DNA of 63,936 bases, filler included, from an uncultured bacterium (GTDB lineage: Bacteria > CAYJRR01), in the NCBI GenBank assembly GCA_964372275.1. It is 3 parts of 3 records of this genome, joined end to end, with 100 filler letters (N's around TTAATTAATTAA, not from the genome) between each part and the next. Parts side by side here need not be neighbours in the genome. Positions count along the whole stretch, not along the records: positions 1 to 24,735 come from CAYJRR010000069.1; 2 more parts are not named here. The stretch is one strand, 5' to 3'. The notes below the pieces were generated by a model. That model was given only the letters and a program-made list of their open reading frames with translations, searched no databases and was not told the DNA's origin. This document shows positions 9,116 to 17,332 of the stretch, piece after piece (within the stretch, counting starts at the first letter, position 1; every line of letters starts with the position of its first letter). The position numbers and the translations under genes were made by a program.

Positions 9116-10807
9116 CTAGAAACCGTCGGGGAACAGCACCGGCATCTTGACCTGCGATTCCGGACCGCCGCGCGAGGCCATCGCCAGGCGCCGGGCCTCG
9201 AAGGCGCCGGAGGGGACGAAGCGAAGCCGCGCCGGCCCGAGTCGGCCGTCGGCGCGCTTGGCCGCGTACTCGACGTTCGCCGCCTGCAAGCTTCGGTCGA
9301 ACGCCGCGACCAGGCCGGCGGCGCGCGCGTCGGACGGCGCGACGGTTCCGCCGCGGGAGGGCTCGCCCGCGCCGCCGCCGGTTCGACGCTCGGCGATCAA
9401 CACGTAGCATGGCGGCTCGTCGAGGACGACCTCCGCCCCGGCCGCGGCGAGCGCGATGCCGGCCTTCGCGGCGGCCTCGTCGGCGGCGGCGAGCACCTGC
9501 ACGTCGCTCACCTTCTCGCCGGTGATCGACAGGAAGCTCTCCGACTTGCGGACGAACTCGACGAGCGGCGCGCGGAGGTGCCGGCCGACGACCCGCACCA
9601 CGTCCCGCATCGCGTAGCGCCAGAGCCCCCCCGCGGTCGTCACGCGCACCTCGTACTCGCCGCCGACCTCGATCTCGCCGGCGCCGACGGCTGCGCCGGG
9701 CCCGACGGCGGCTCCGTTCGTTCCGACCGGCTCGAACTCGAAGTACGGTCCGCCGACGTGCAGCACGCCGGCGGCCGTCCCCGACTCGAGCGGGATCGCA
9801 AAGAACCCCTCGGACGCGCTGTAGCCGGGGTCGCGGACCGGGATCCCGCCGAGCTCGTCTTCGAGCTTCCGCAGGTAGAAGGCGGCCGGTCCTCCGCGCC
9901 AGCAGTTCACCGTCGTCAGGCGCGGCCACAGCGCCGGGAACAGCCCCCCGCCGGAAGCGAGCGCGCGCGCCAGTCGTTCGGCGCGCGCCGGGCGGGACGG
10001 GAACCGTCGGCGCAAGCGGGCGCGCACCGGCTCCGGGATCCCCGTGCCGTCGGGACCGGCGCGCGGCACGCCCCCCTCCCGCAACGCGACCCCGAGCCAC
10101 TCGCCCCAGGCCCGGAGACGCGTGGCGAGCTGCCAGACGGTCGAGGCGTTCGCGGTGGTGATCGAGCCGAGGTCGCCGCCGGCCGCTGCGAGCGCCGACA
10201 GCGGACCGCGTAGGCCGGGATCGCGCAGCGCGAGCACCTCGGCGGGCGGCACCGTCCACAGGCGCACGAACCAGGGGAGCGCGCGCTGCATCCGTCCGGT
10301 GTTGGCGCCGACCGGGATCCCGGCCGGGGTCCGCTCCTCGTCGGCCGGGGAGACGAGCACCAGCTTCGCGCCGTCGGCGTGCTTCGGATTCTCGCGAAGG
10401 AGGTGGACGAGCCACACCAGCTGCGCATCGCGCACCTCGCGGGCGAGGCCGGGGGTGATCGGGACCCGCTTCGGACGGCCGGTCGTCCCCGAGGTCTTGA
10501 CGAAGCGGACCACGTCCTGCGCGGTCAGGACGCCGCGCTCGCCGCGCTCCATCCGTTCGATCGACGGCGCGAGCGCGTCGAAGTCGACGGCGGGGACGTG
10601 GGCGCGGAAAGCCCTCTCCGGCTCGGCCGCGTCCGCGATCCCGGCGAAGCCGTGACGCCGGCCGTACTCGCAGGAGGCATCCGCCCGAAGCAGTGCGAGC
10701 AGGCGCGCCCGCTGCGCCGCCGCCGGATCGGCCGCCGCCGACGCGAACCGCGCCAGCAGCGGACGGTAGACCGCCGACAGCAGGTCGTACGGCGGGTTCC
10801 CGGCCAT
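9116..10807 (-). CDS. GH3-family acyl-acid amido synthetase (ANL adenylating enzyme)
   Basis: From ATG 10807 (MAGNPPY): CEYGRRHGF, KTSGTTGRPKRVP, YSASEG, YFEFEP, TTAGGLWRY, SITGEK, NVEY..KR. Confidence 0.88.
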   Translation of the reverse strand: MAGNPPYDLLSAVYRPLLARFASAAADPAAAQRARLLALLRADASCEYGRRHGFAGIADAAEPERAFRAHVPAVDFDALAPSIERMERGERGVLTAQDVVRFVKTSGTTGRPKRVPITPGLAREVRDAQLVWLVHLLRENPKHADGAKLVLVSPADEERTPAGIPVGANTGRMQRALPWFVRLWTVPPAEVLALRDPGLRGPLSALAAAGGDLGSITTANASTVWQLATRLRAWGEWLGVALREGGVPRAGPDGTGIPEPVRARLRRRFPSRPARAERLARALASGGGLFPALWPRLTTVNCWRGGPAAFYLRKLEDELGGIPVRDPGYSASEGFFAIPLESGTAAGVLHVGGPYFEFEPVGTNGAAVGPGAAVGAGEIEVGGEYEVRVTTAGGLWRYAMRDVVRVVGRHLRAPLVEFVRKSESFLSITGEKVSDVQVLAAADEAAAKAGIALAAAGAEVVLDEPPCYVLIAERRTGGGAGEPSRGGTVAPSDARAAGLVAAFDRSLQAANVEYAAKRADGRLGPARLRFVPSGAFEARRLAMASRGGPESQVKMPVLFPDGF

Positions 10808-10809
10808 CT

Positions 10810-11958
10810 CTAGCCGACCTCCCGTCCCTTCCACCGCGCGGGGCGTCCGGCGAGCCGGCGGAGGACGGCGCGCGCGATCAGCCCCACCACCAGCGCGTAG
10901 GCGACGGGATGCAGCAGGGCGTCCGCCGGTGGATGGTGAAACGTCGCCGCGGTGCGCAGCCGGTAGAGGAGCGTGGCGGCGACCGCCGCTCCGGCGGCGG
11001 CCGTCGGCGCCGGACCGATCCCCCCGGCGAGCCCGACCGCGAGCGCGAGCCACGGAACGATCGAGAAGAGGACGACGGCGGCGGCGAGCGCGGCTGCCTT
11101 CGCCGTGCCCCCGGCCCCCGCGAGGAAGTTCTTGCCGTACCCCTCCCACGCCTCGCGAAGCCGGGCGTAGGGCTCCACCCGCATCCGGTCGGGGGCGCAC
11201 AGGAGTCCGATGCGGCGCCCGAGGCGCTTCGCGCGCTTGGCGAAGGCCAAGTCCTCCAACACCGAGGACCGCACCGACTCCCACCCCCCCGCCGCGTCGA
11301 ACGCCTCGCGCCGGATCAGCAGGAACTGGCCGTTGACGAACGCGTCGCCGGGGAGCGATGGGTCGTTGACGCGTTCGATCGGGTGGGCCCCGCGAACCAG
11401 GCTCCCCACCGCGCACTGCAGCAGGCGCGGCCAGAGGCCGGGCACGACCCACCGTCCCCACAACGAGATCCCGTCCCATCCGCGCGCGCGCGCCTCGTCG
11501 AGCGCCTCCCAAAGGGTCGCCGGATCGAGCCGCACGTCGGCGTCGACGAACAGGATCCACGGCGCGCGCGTCTCCCGGTACCCGCGTGTGAGCGCCGCCG
11601 TCTTCCCCGTCCAACCCGGCGGCGGACCTTCCCCGTCGATCCGCACCACCCGCCGGTCGGTCGCGGCGAATCGATCGACGACCGCCGCGGTGCCGTCGGT
11701 CGAACGGTCGTCGACCACCACGATGGCGCGGGGCGCCCGTTCCTGGAGGAGGAGCGAGGCGAGGAGCGGCGCGAGGCGGTCCTCCTCGTCGCGCGCCGGC
11801 ACCACCACGTCGACCTCCGGTGCGCCCTCGGAATCGCCGTCGGCGCCGGCCGGGCGGACGCGCGCCGACAGGAACCGGGTCGCGTCCTTCTCCGCGCGAA
11901 CGGCCGCCGCGAGCAGCAACGCCCACGCCGCGGCGACGAACAGGAACAGCGCCGTCAC
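10810..11958 (-). CDS. Membrane glycosyltransferase family 2 (paralog of 6122..7300)
   Basis: VVVPARDEE, DDRSTDGT, PPPGWTGK, FVDADV, VNGQFLL, VLEDL; GTG start overlaps the upstream TGA. Confidence 0.88.
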   Translation of the reverse strand: MTALFLFVAAAWALLLAAAVRAEKDATRFLSARVRPAGADGDSEGAPEVDVVVPARDEEDRLAPLLASLLLQERAPRAIVVVDDRSTDGTAAVVDRFAATDRRVVRIDGEGPPPGWTGKTAALTRGYRETRAPWILFVDADVRLDPATLWEALDEARARGWDGISLWGRWVVPGLWPRLLQCAVGSLVRGAHPIERVNDPSLPGDAFVNGQFLLIRREAFDAAGGWESVRSSVLEDLAFAKRAKRLGRRIGLLCAPDRMRVEPYARLREAWEGYGKNFLAGAGGTAKAAALAAAVVLFSIVPWLALAVGLAGGIGPAPTAAAGAAVAATLLYRLRTAATFHHPPADALLHPVAYALVVGLIARAVLRRLAGRPARWKGREVG

Positions 11959-13160
11959 ACCCCGATCCGGGTCGGGGCGCCGGCCTCCACCTCGTAGACG
12001 CCGGCCCCGAGCGCCTCGGGGATCGACGCCAAGACGTCGCGACGGCTCCGGGCGATCCGCACGCCGGCGGGGAGGTCGCGCCCCGGCGCGATCCAGACGC
12101 CCGAGCCGAGCGCGGCCCCGTCCCCCAGGGCGCATCCGAGCGCGCGCCCCGCCTCGACGAGCCCCGCCGCCCCCCGCAGCCGAACCGGCCGGTCGTCGAG
12201 GCGGCGGTCGAGCGAATAGGCGCCGCCGCGGATCGCCGCGCCTCGCCCCAGGACCGACAGCTGGACGACGCCGCCAATGCTCGCCTCGTCGAACAGCACC
12301 GAGAACTTCACCATCCCCTGCCGCTGCACCCGCGCACGCCGCCCCAGCGACGCGCCGACGACCAGCGCCAGCTCCTCGACTTCGCATCCCGGCCCCAACA
12401 CCGATCCGCGGACGACCGCCCCGGGACCGATGCGAACGCCCTCCCCGAGCACCGACGCCTCCACCACGGCCGACGGATGCACGTCGACTCCGCGCCCGCG
12501 CTCGACGAGCCGGCCTGCGATGCGCCAGCGGTTCAGCGAGAGGCTTCTCGCCGCCGCCCTCGCCACGGCCCACGCCCCCGCCGCCGGCGACAGGTTCCGG
12601 ACACGGGCCGTCATCGCGAACAGGTTCGTCCAGAGCAGATCGGCCCAACTCCGCACGTCGCAGGCGACCCGACGCGGCGCCGCGACGCCCAGCGACTCCG
12701 GACCCTCCGCCAAGGAGAAGAGCCGCTCGTCGGCGTCGAGCTCGACCGCCGGAAGCGCCGCGATCGACGGCGTACCGGGGACGACCGCACCCTCCGAGCC
12801 CGCCCCCGCCCGCGATGGCGGAACGACCGCGACCTCGATCGCCCGGGACGCCGCCCCGCCCGCGACCTCCGCCCACCCCGGCGCCCGCAGTACGAGTCGC
12901 CCCCCTCGCGGCGCCGCCGCGAGCAGCGCCCGCGCGCACGCCGCGTTGAGGAAGACGTTCGCCCCTACGAGCAGGACCGGCCGGTCCGCGCCGGCCGCGC
13001 GGCCGCCCGCGGTGGTGCGCTCGACCTCCTCGACGAACCCCGCCGCCGCGAGCTCGCGACGCCGCGCGTCCGCGAGAGGCTCCCCCAGGACCGGAAGCGA
13101 ATCGGCGGGGCCGAAGGGACGGACGGAGGTCGGCGCGCCGATGACGCGGAAGGCGTTCAT
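11955..13160 (-). CDS. GlmU-like protein: degenerate nucleotidyltransferase-like N-domain plus left-handed beta-helix (putative acyltransferase), copy 2
   Basis: From ATG 13160 (MNAFRVIG); WADLLWTN, VHPSAVVEASVLGEGVRIGPGAVVRGSVLG hexapeptides, LGCALGDGAALGSG. Confidence 0.75.
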   Translation of the reverse strand: MNAFRVIGAPTSVRPFGPADSLPVLGEPLADARRRELAAAGFVEEVERTTAGGRAAGADRPVLLVGANVFLNAACARALLAAAPRGGRLVLRAPGWAEVAGGAASRAIEVAVVPPSRAGAGSEGAVVPGTPSIAALPAVELDADERLFSLAEGPESLGVAAPRRVACDVRSWADLLWTNLFAMTARVRNLSPAAGAWAVARAAARSLSLNRWRIAGRLVERGRGVDVHPSAVVEASVLGEGVRIGPGAVVRGSVLGPGCEVEELALVVGASLGRRARVQRQGMVKFSVLFDEASIGGVVQLSVLGRGAAIRGGAYSLDRRLDDRPVRLRGAAGLVEAGRALGCALGDGAALGSGVWIAPGRDLPAGVRIARSRRDVLASIPEALGAGVYEVEAGAPTRIGV

Positions 13161-14464
13161 GGCGCCGAACCCGATCCCGGCAGGGAGCCCCGTGGGGTCG
13201 TTCGCCTTGCCCCCCGCATCGGCCGCGCCACCCCCCCCTCCACCACGAGCGGCGCCCCCTCCCGCCCCTCCTCGATCCGGCGCACCACCTCCCTCGGCTC
13301 CTTCACCAGCGCCACGCCGTTCGGCACCGCCATCCCGTACTGCAGAAAGACCCCCGCCCCGACCGACGCCCCGTGCCCGACGCAGCTCCCCAGGAAACGC
13401 GATCCGCTCGAGACCCGCCGTCCGTCCACCTCGACCGGCACGTCGCCGTCGAACTTCAGGTCGAGCAGGCGGCTGTCGGTGGAGACGAAGGCGTCGCGCC
13501 CGAGCAGGCTCATCTGGCATCCGGCGTGTCCGAGAACGGCGCCGGGGTAGAGGACGTTGAGCGTCGAGATCCCCTTCTTGGTGACGCAGGCCCCCTCGCC
13601 GAGCACCGACAACTCGACCAGGCCGAACTCCTCGACCACCGCTCCGGGCCCGAGCACGCTGAATCGCACCACGGCGTGGGCGCCGACGCGCGCGCCGTCC
13701 CCGAGCACCGCCCCTTCGACCACCGCGGTGGGATGGATCTTCACCTTGCGCCCGCGACGGACCATCGCCCGTAACACGCGCGCCTCGGTCGGCGGGAAGG
13801 CCCGCACCAGCAGCGCGGCGATCGCGAGCCAGTTCCGGATCCGCGATCGCTCCCGCAACGCGGCGAGCGACGCCATCATCGCCAGGTGGTTCGCGCGCAG
13901 CAGGTGCAACCAGTGCTGCACGCGGATCGCGATCCGCGGCGTGATCGGGAAGGAGATCGCGCGATCGGGGGAGAAGACGGCCGGGACCCCTTCGAGGGTG
14001 CGGATCTCCTCCTTCGGATCGACGGCCACCGCCGGCAGCGACGCGAGCGGCCGGCTCCCCGGATCGTCGGTGACGAGCCACACCGGGTAGATCCAATGCG
14101 CGCGTCCGTCGGCAGACAGGCCGTGCTCGAGCGCCTGCAAGGGGAGGGAGTCGCGCACGATGCGGCTGTCGGTCAACGCGAGCCGTGCGCCGCCGGCCGC
14201 CTCCTCGAGGAAGGCGCGAAGCAGCGACGCCGTGACGAAGAGGTCGTCGGCGAGGACGAGGTACGCCCCCCCCGTCGCGGCCGACGGTGCCGGCAGTTCG
14301 GCCCGACTTGCAATCGGCGTCACCGTCCGCACGCCGCACGCGAGAAGTGTCTCCCGCTGCACGTCGGCCAAACGCCGGTTCAGGATCCGGGCGTCGGCCG
14401 GCGGGTCGCCGAACGGCTCGACCGGGCGCCCCTCCGCCACCACGAACGCCGTCGTCGGACGCAA
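13157..14464 (-). CDS. GlmU-like protein: degenerate nucleotidyltransferase-like N-domain plus left-handed beta-helix, copy 1
   Basis: WLHLLRAN, IHPTAVVEGAVLGDGARVGAHAVV hexapeptides; DLKFDGDVPVEVDGRRVSSGSRFLGSCVG resembles the archaeal-type GlmU C-terminus. Confidence 0.75.
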   Translation of the reverse strand: MRPTTAFVVAEGRPVEPFGDPPADARILNRRLADVQRETLLACGVRTVTPIASRAELPAPSAATGGAYLVLADDLFVTASLLRAFLEEAAGGARLALTDSRIVRDSLPLQALEHGLSADGRAHWIYPVWLVTDDPGSRPLASLPAVAVDPKEEIRTLEGVPAVFSPDRAISFPITPRIAIRVQHWLHLLRANHLAMMASLAALRERSRIRNWLAIAALLVRAFPPTEARVLRAMVRRGRKVKIHPTAVVEGAVLGDGARVGAHAVVRFSVLGPGAVVEEFGLVELSVLGEGACVTKKGISTLNVLYPGAVLGHAGCQMSLLGRDAFVSTDSRLLDLKFDGDVPVEVDGRRVSSGSRFLGSCVGHGASVGAGVFLQYGMAVPNGVALVKEPREVVRRIEEGREGAPLVVEGGVARPMRGARRTTPRGSLPGSGSAP

Positions 14465-14507
14465 GGTCCTATCCTCGCGAATCGGACGTTAAGGAATTGC
14501 GCGAAGA

Positions 14508-15128
14508 CTAATAGTCTTCGACCTTGATCCCGTTGAGGATCTTGTCGAGGTTCTCCTCGCGCGAAAGGACGTCGACGAACTCGCCGAAGTCCTCTTCGAA
14601 GACGGCCTCCTCGGACTTCTGCGTTCCTTCGGCCGCCTCCTCCGCCTCCTCGCCGGAGGCCGGCTTCTTGGTGCCGGCCATCCGCTCGACGTAGCGGTCG
14701 AGGTTTTTCTGCGCGCGCTTCTCCTTCTCCTCGCGCAGCGTCTTCCAGTTGAGGAGGTAGTGCAGCCGGCAGAAGCCCTGGGTCGTCTGCGGATTGGTGC
14801 AGTTCTCCTGCTTGCAGACGCGGACGCGCTGGCGCTTGGCGGCGGGGGCCGGACCCTTCTTCACGGCGGCCAGCTTCACCACCTTGCCGTTCGGTCCCCC
14901 TTTGGCGGCCGAGGTGCCGCCTTTGGCCGGGACGGCGACCTTTCCGTTCGCCTTCCCCTTGGCGGCCGCGATCGGCGTCCTCGGGCGTGGCGCCACCGGG
15001 CGTTTCGGCGATGGCTTGGCCGAAATCCGGCGCGCCGGTTTCGCCCGCGTGACCGCCTTCTTCGACGACCGCGCCGCCGGCTTGCGGGAGGAACGGGCGG
15101 GCTTGGAGTGGACCTTCTTCTTCTTCAC
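14508..15128 (-). CDS. Hypothetical protein: Lys/Ala-rich H1-like N-terminus, CCCH motif, acidic C-terminus
   Basis: KKKKVHSKPARSSRK..., CKQENC-x8-CRLH, EEDFGEF tail; coding-like codon usage; start GTG 15128 (or TTG 15155). Confidence 0.7.
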   Translation of the reverse strand: MKKKKVHSKPARSSRKPAARSSKKAVTRAKPARRISAKPSPKRPVAPRPRTPIAAAKGKANGKVAVPAKGGTSAAKGGPNGKVVKLAAVKKGPAPAAKRQRVRVCKQENCTNPQTTQGFCRLHYLLNWKTLREEKEKRAQKNLDRYVERMAGTKKPASGEEAEEAAEGTQKSEEAVFEEDFGEFVDVLSREENLDKILNGIKVEDY

Positions 15129-15195
15129 GACGTGACGCCCCCAGGTGGCGCGCAATCTACCACGCCGAATTCCGCGTCAACAACTCTCGCGGTGT

Positions 15196-17301
15196 CTAGG
15201 GACAGTCGGAGGCCTCCGGGGCGGTGTAGGCGTCGATCACCCGCGCCCGTCCCGTCTCGAGGTAGCTCCCGACGAACTCGGCCGCCTGCACCTGCCCCCG
15301 GCAGAAGGCGTCGGGGTCGTCCTGCGTGAGGAGGAAGGAGTGTTCCGCGGGCGAGAACTGGGTGAGCGCGATCGTCGCCTGCCCGCCCCCGGCGTTCCCT
15401 TCGAACGGCGCCAGGCGCGTCGCGACGTTTGGCACCGCCCGGAAGACCGACGGACCCGCCACCTCCCCCCCCATCTCCCGGGCCAGCGAATCGGTGGAGT
15501 AGTTCCCCACCACCTCGTCCCCGACCGCCTCCTGCAAGAGGACGCTCTTCGGCGGATTCGGAAACTCCCGGATCGTGAGCGGCGCCGTGGCGACCCGCCG
15601 CGCGTAGTGGATCGGATCGGCGCGCTCCACGGCGTTCTGGAGGATCAGCATCATGTCGAGGAGGAACGTGGGCAGATCCGCGAAACCGTCCGGTCCGACC
15701 GGCTCGCCCCCCTGGTCGCCGAAGTAGGAGAGCGCGACCGAATAGAGGCCGCCACCTCCGACGTTCAGCACCGCCGCGCCGACGTCCGGTTCGAGCGCGA
15801 TGAATGTTCCTCCGATCAGGCTCCCGAGCGACTGGCTGACGTAGGCGAGCCGGTCGGTGTCGAGATCGCGCTTCCCGTCCTCCGGGGCGATGTCGAGGTC
15901 GAGGTGCTTCACCATCTGCACCAGCTGGAACTGGTCGGCGACCGTCTGCCGGAACCCTTCGCGTCCGGCGAGCGGGTTGTCGAGCCGAAGGAAGTCGATC
16001 CCCTGGATGGTGCAGTTGCGACCGGAAAGCTCCGCCTCGTCGGAGCGGCTCCCGTGCGCCACCACGTCGATCCCGACCAGCGCGATCCCCCGCTCGGCGA
16101 ACTCGTTGGCAATGGCGACCATCGACTCCTTGCAGACGGTCAGCGCGTGCTGGAAGACGATCGTCTTGTACGGCGGCACCACGTTGCGGAGGAGGTCCTT
16201 CTTCGGCAGCACCACCATGAACTCCAGCTCGTTCGTCCGCTGCTCGCGCACGTGGCCGGTGACGCCGTCGGTGATGAACAGCTCGAACTCCGGATGGCGG
16301 TAGTCCCGCGACGGGAAGAATCCGTAGGCGATCGTCCCGATCGAGGAGAAGTCGTAGTCGGCGAGGTCGACGTCGACGTCGTCGGGGAAGAGCGCCTGGA
16401 AGTAGTCGTACGCCTCGTCGCTCAACGCCCCGTCATCGCCGCCGACGTCGCGGAAGATCCGGGTCGGATCGATCCGCCCGATGGGCGGATCCTTCGTCTC
16501 CAGCTGCTTGCGGATGTCGACCAGCTCGTCTTCGACCGACTGGGTGACGTAGTGGGTGGCGAAGGCGACCTCTCCGCGGTCGATACCGCGGCCCTCCAGC
16601 CATTCGAACAGCGCGGCCAGCCCCTCGCGCATCGGCTCCAGGCGCGGATCGACCGCGTTGGCCGACTTCACGCACTGGAACGCCTCCGAACTCCCGATGC
16701 ACCGGGCGAGCGAGGCGGTCCGCGCCTCGTCGACGTAGGTCCGGAGTCGGTCGGTGATCACCACCGCGTACTCGTGCTTCGGTTGGAGCGGCACGTACGG
16801 GGCGACGATCAACGCGTCTACCGGGACTCCGGCTTGCAGGCCGTCGTACCAGGCGGTCACCGGCTGCACCACGGCCTCGAAGTCGGCCGTCGGATCGGCG
16901 CGGATCGCCTCCAGGTCGACGAGGAAGACCGGGGACTCCGGGTCGAGGCTCTCCGCCGGATCGTCCGGCAGGAAGACCGGATCGATCACCTCGTTGAACG
17001 AGACGACCACCGGCGCGTACGGGCCGAACCCGTCGAGCGTGTTCAGCAGGAGGCCGATGTCGCCGCCGTAGTTCGGGGAGTAGCCGGTCGTCGCCGACTT
17101 GAACGGCTGCGCGACGGACTTCAGCGGATTGGGGAACGGCCGAAGCGCGCTCGCGTCGTCGTCGAACGGATCGAACTCGACGTGGAAGCCGCTGGCGCAC
17201 CGGTCGAGCTCGGCCGACGGCACCGGACACTGCGCCTCGTTCCGGCAGCCGGCCGCCCCCCACGCCATCGCCGCCAGGAACCCGATCCACTCTCGGCGCA
17301 T
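15196..17301 (-). CDS. Lipoprotein with Pla-1/cef-type lipase N-domain and alpha/beta hydrolase
   Basis: Lipobox AAGC after MRREWIGFLAAM; PFPN, LNTLDGFG, PLQPKHEYAVVIT, FQH, GIDVVAHGSR, RQTVAD, YVSQSLG nucleophile elbow, GDEVVGN, EHSFL. Confidence 0.78.
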   Translation of the reverse strand: MRREWIGFLAAMAWGAAGCRNEAQCPVPSAELDRCASGFHVEFDPFDDDASALRPFPNPLKSVAQPFKSATTGYSPNYGGDIGLLLNTLDGFGPYAPVVVSFNEVIDPVFLPDDPAESLDPESPVFLVDLEAIRADPTADFEAVVQPVTAWYDGLQAGVPVDALIVAPYVPLQPKHEYAVVITDRLRTYVDEARTASLARCIGSSEAFQCVKSANAVDPRLEPMREGLAALFEWLEGRGIDRGEVAFATHYVTQSVEDELVDIRKQLETKDPPIGRIDPTRIFRDVGGDDGALSDEAYDYFQALFPDDVDVDLADYDFSSIGTIAYGFFPSRDYRHPEFELFITDGVTGHVREQRTNELEFMVVLPKKDLLRNVVPPYKTIVFQHALTVCKESMVAIANEFAERGIALVGIDVVAHGSRSDEAELSGRNCTIQGIDFLRLDNPLAGREGFRQTVADQFQLVQMVKHLDLDIAPEDGKRDLDTDRLAYVSQSLGSLIGGTFIALEPDVGAAVLNVGGGGLYSVALSYFGDQGGEPVGPDGFADLPTFLLDMMLILQNAVERADPIHYARRVATAPLTIREFPNPPKSVLLQEAVGDEVVGNYSTDSLAREMGGEVAGPSVFRAVPNVATRLAPFEGNAGGGQATIALTQFSPAEHSFLLTQDDPDAFCRGQVQAAEFVGSYLETGRARVIDAYTAPEASDCP

Positions 17302-17332
17302 GCGTACGACCTCCCCGAAGAGAGAAGCTCTA

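Noticed and set aside
7293-10415. 1040-aa ORF that seems to fuse DsbD-N with a HAD domain
   Set aside because: The 10-N placeholder shifts the frame; without it DsbD-N ends at TGA 7970 and the HAD is a separate gene
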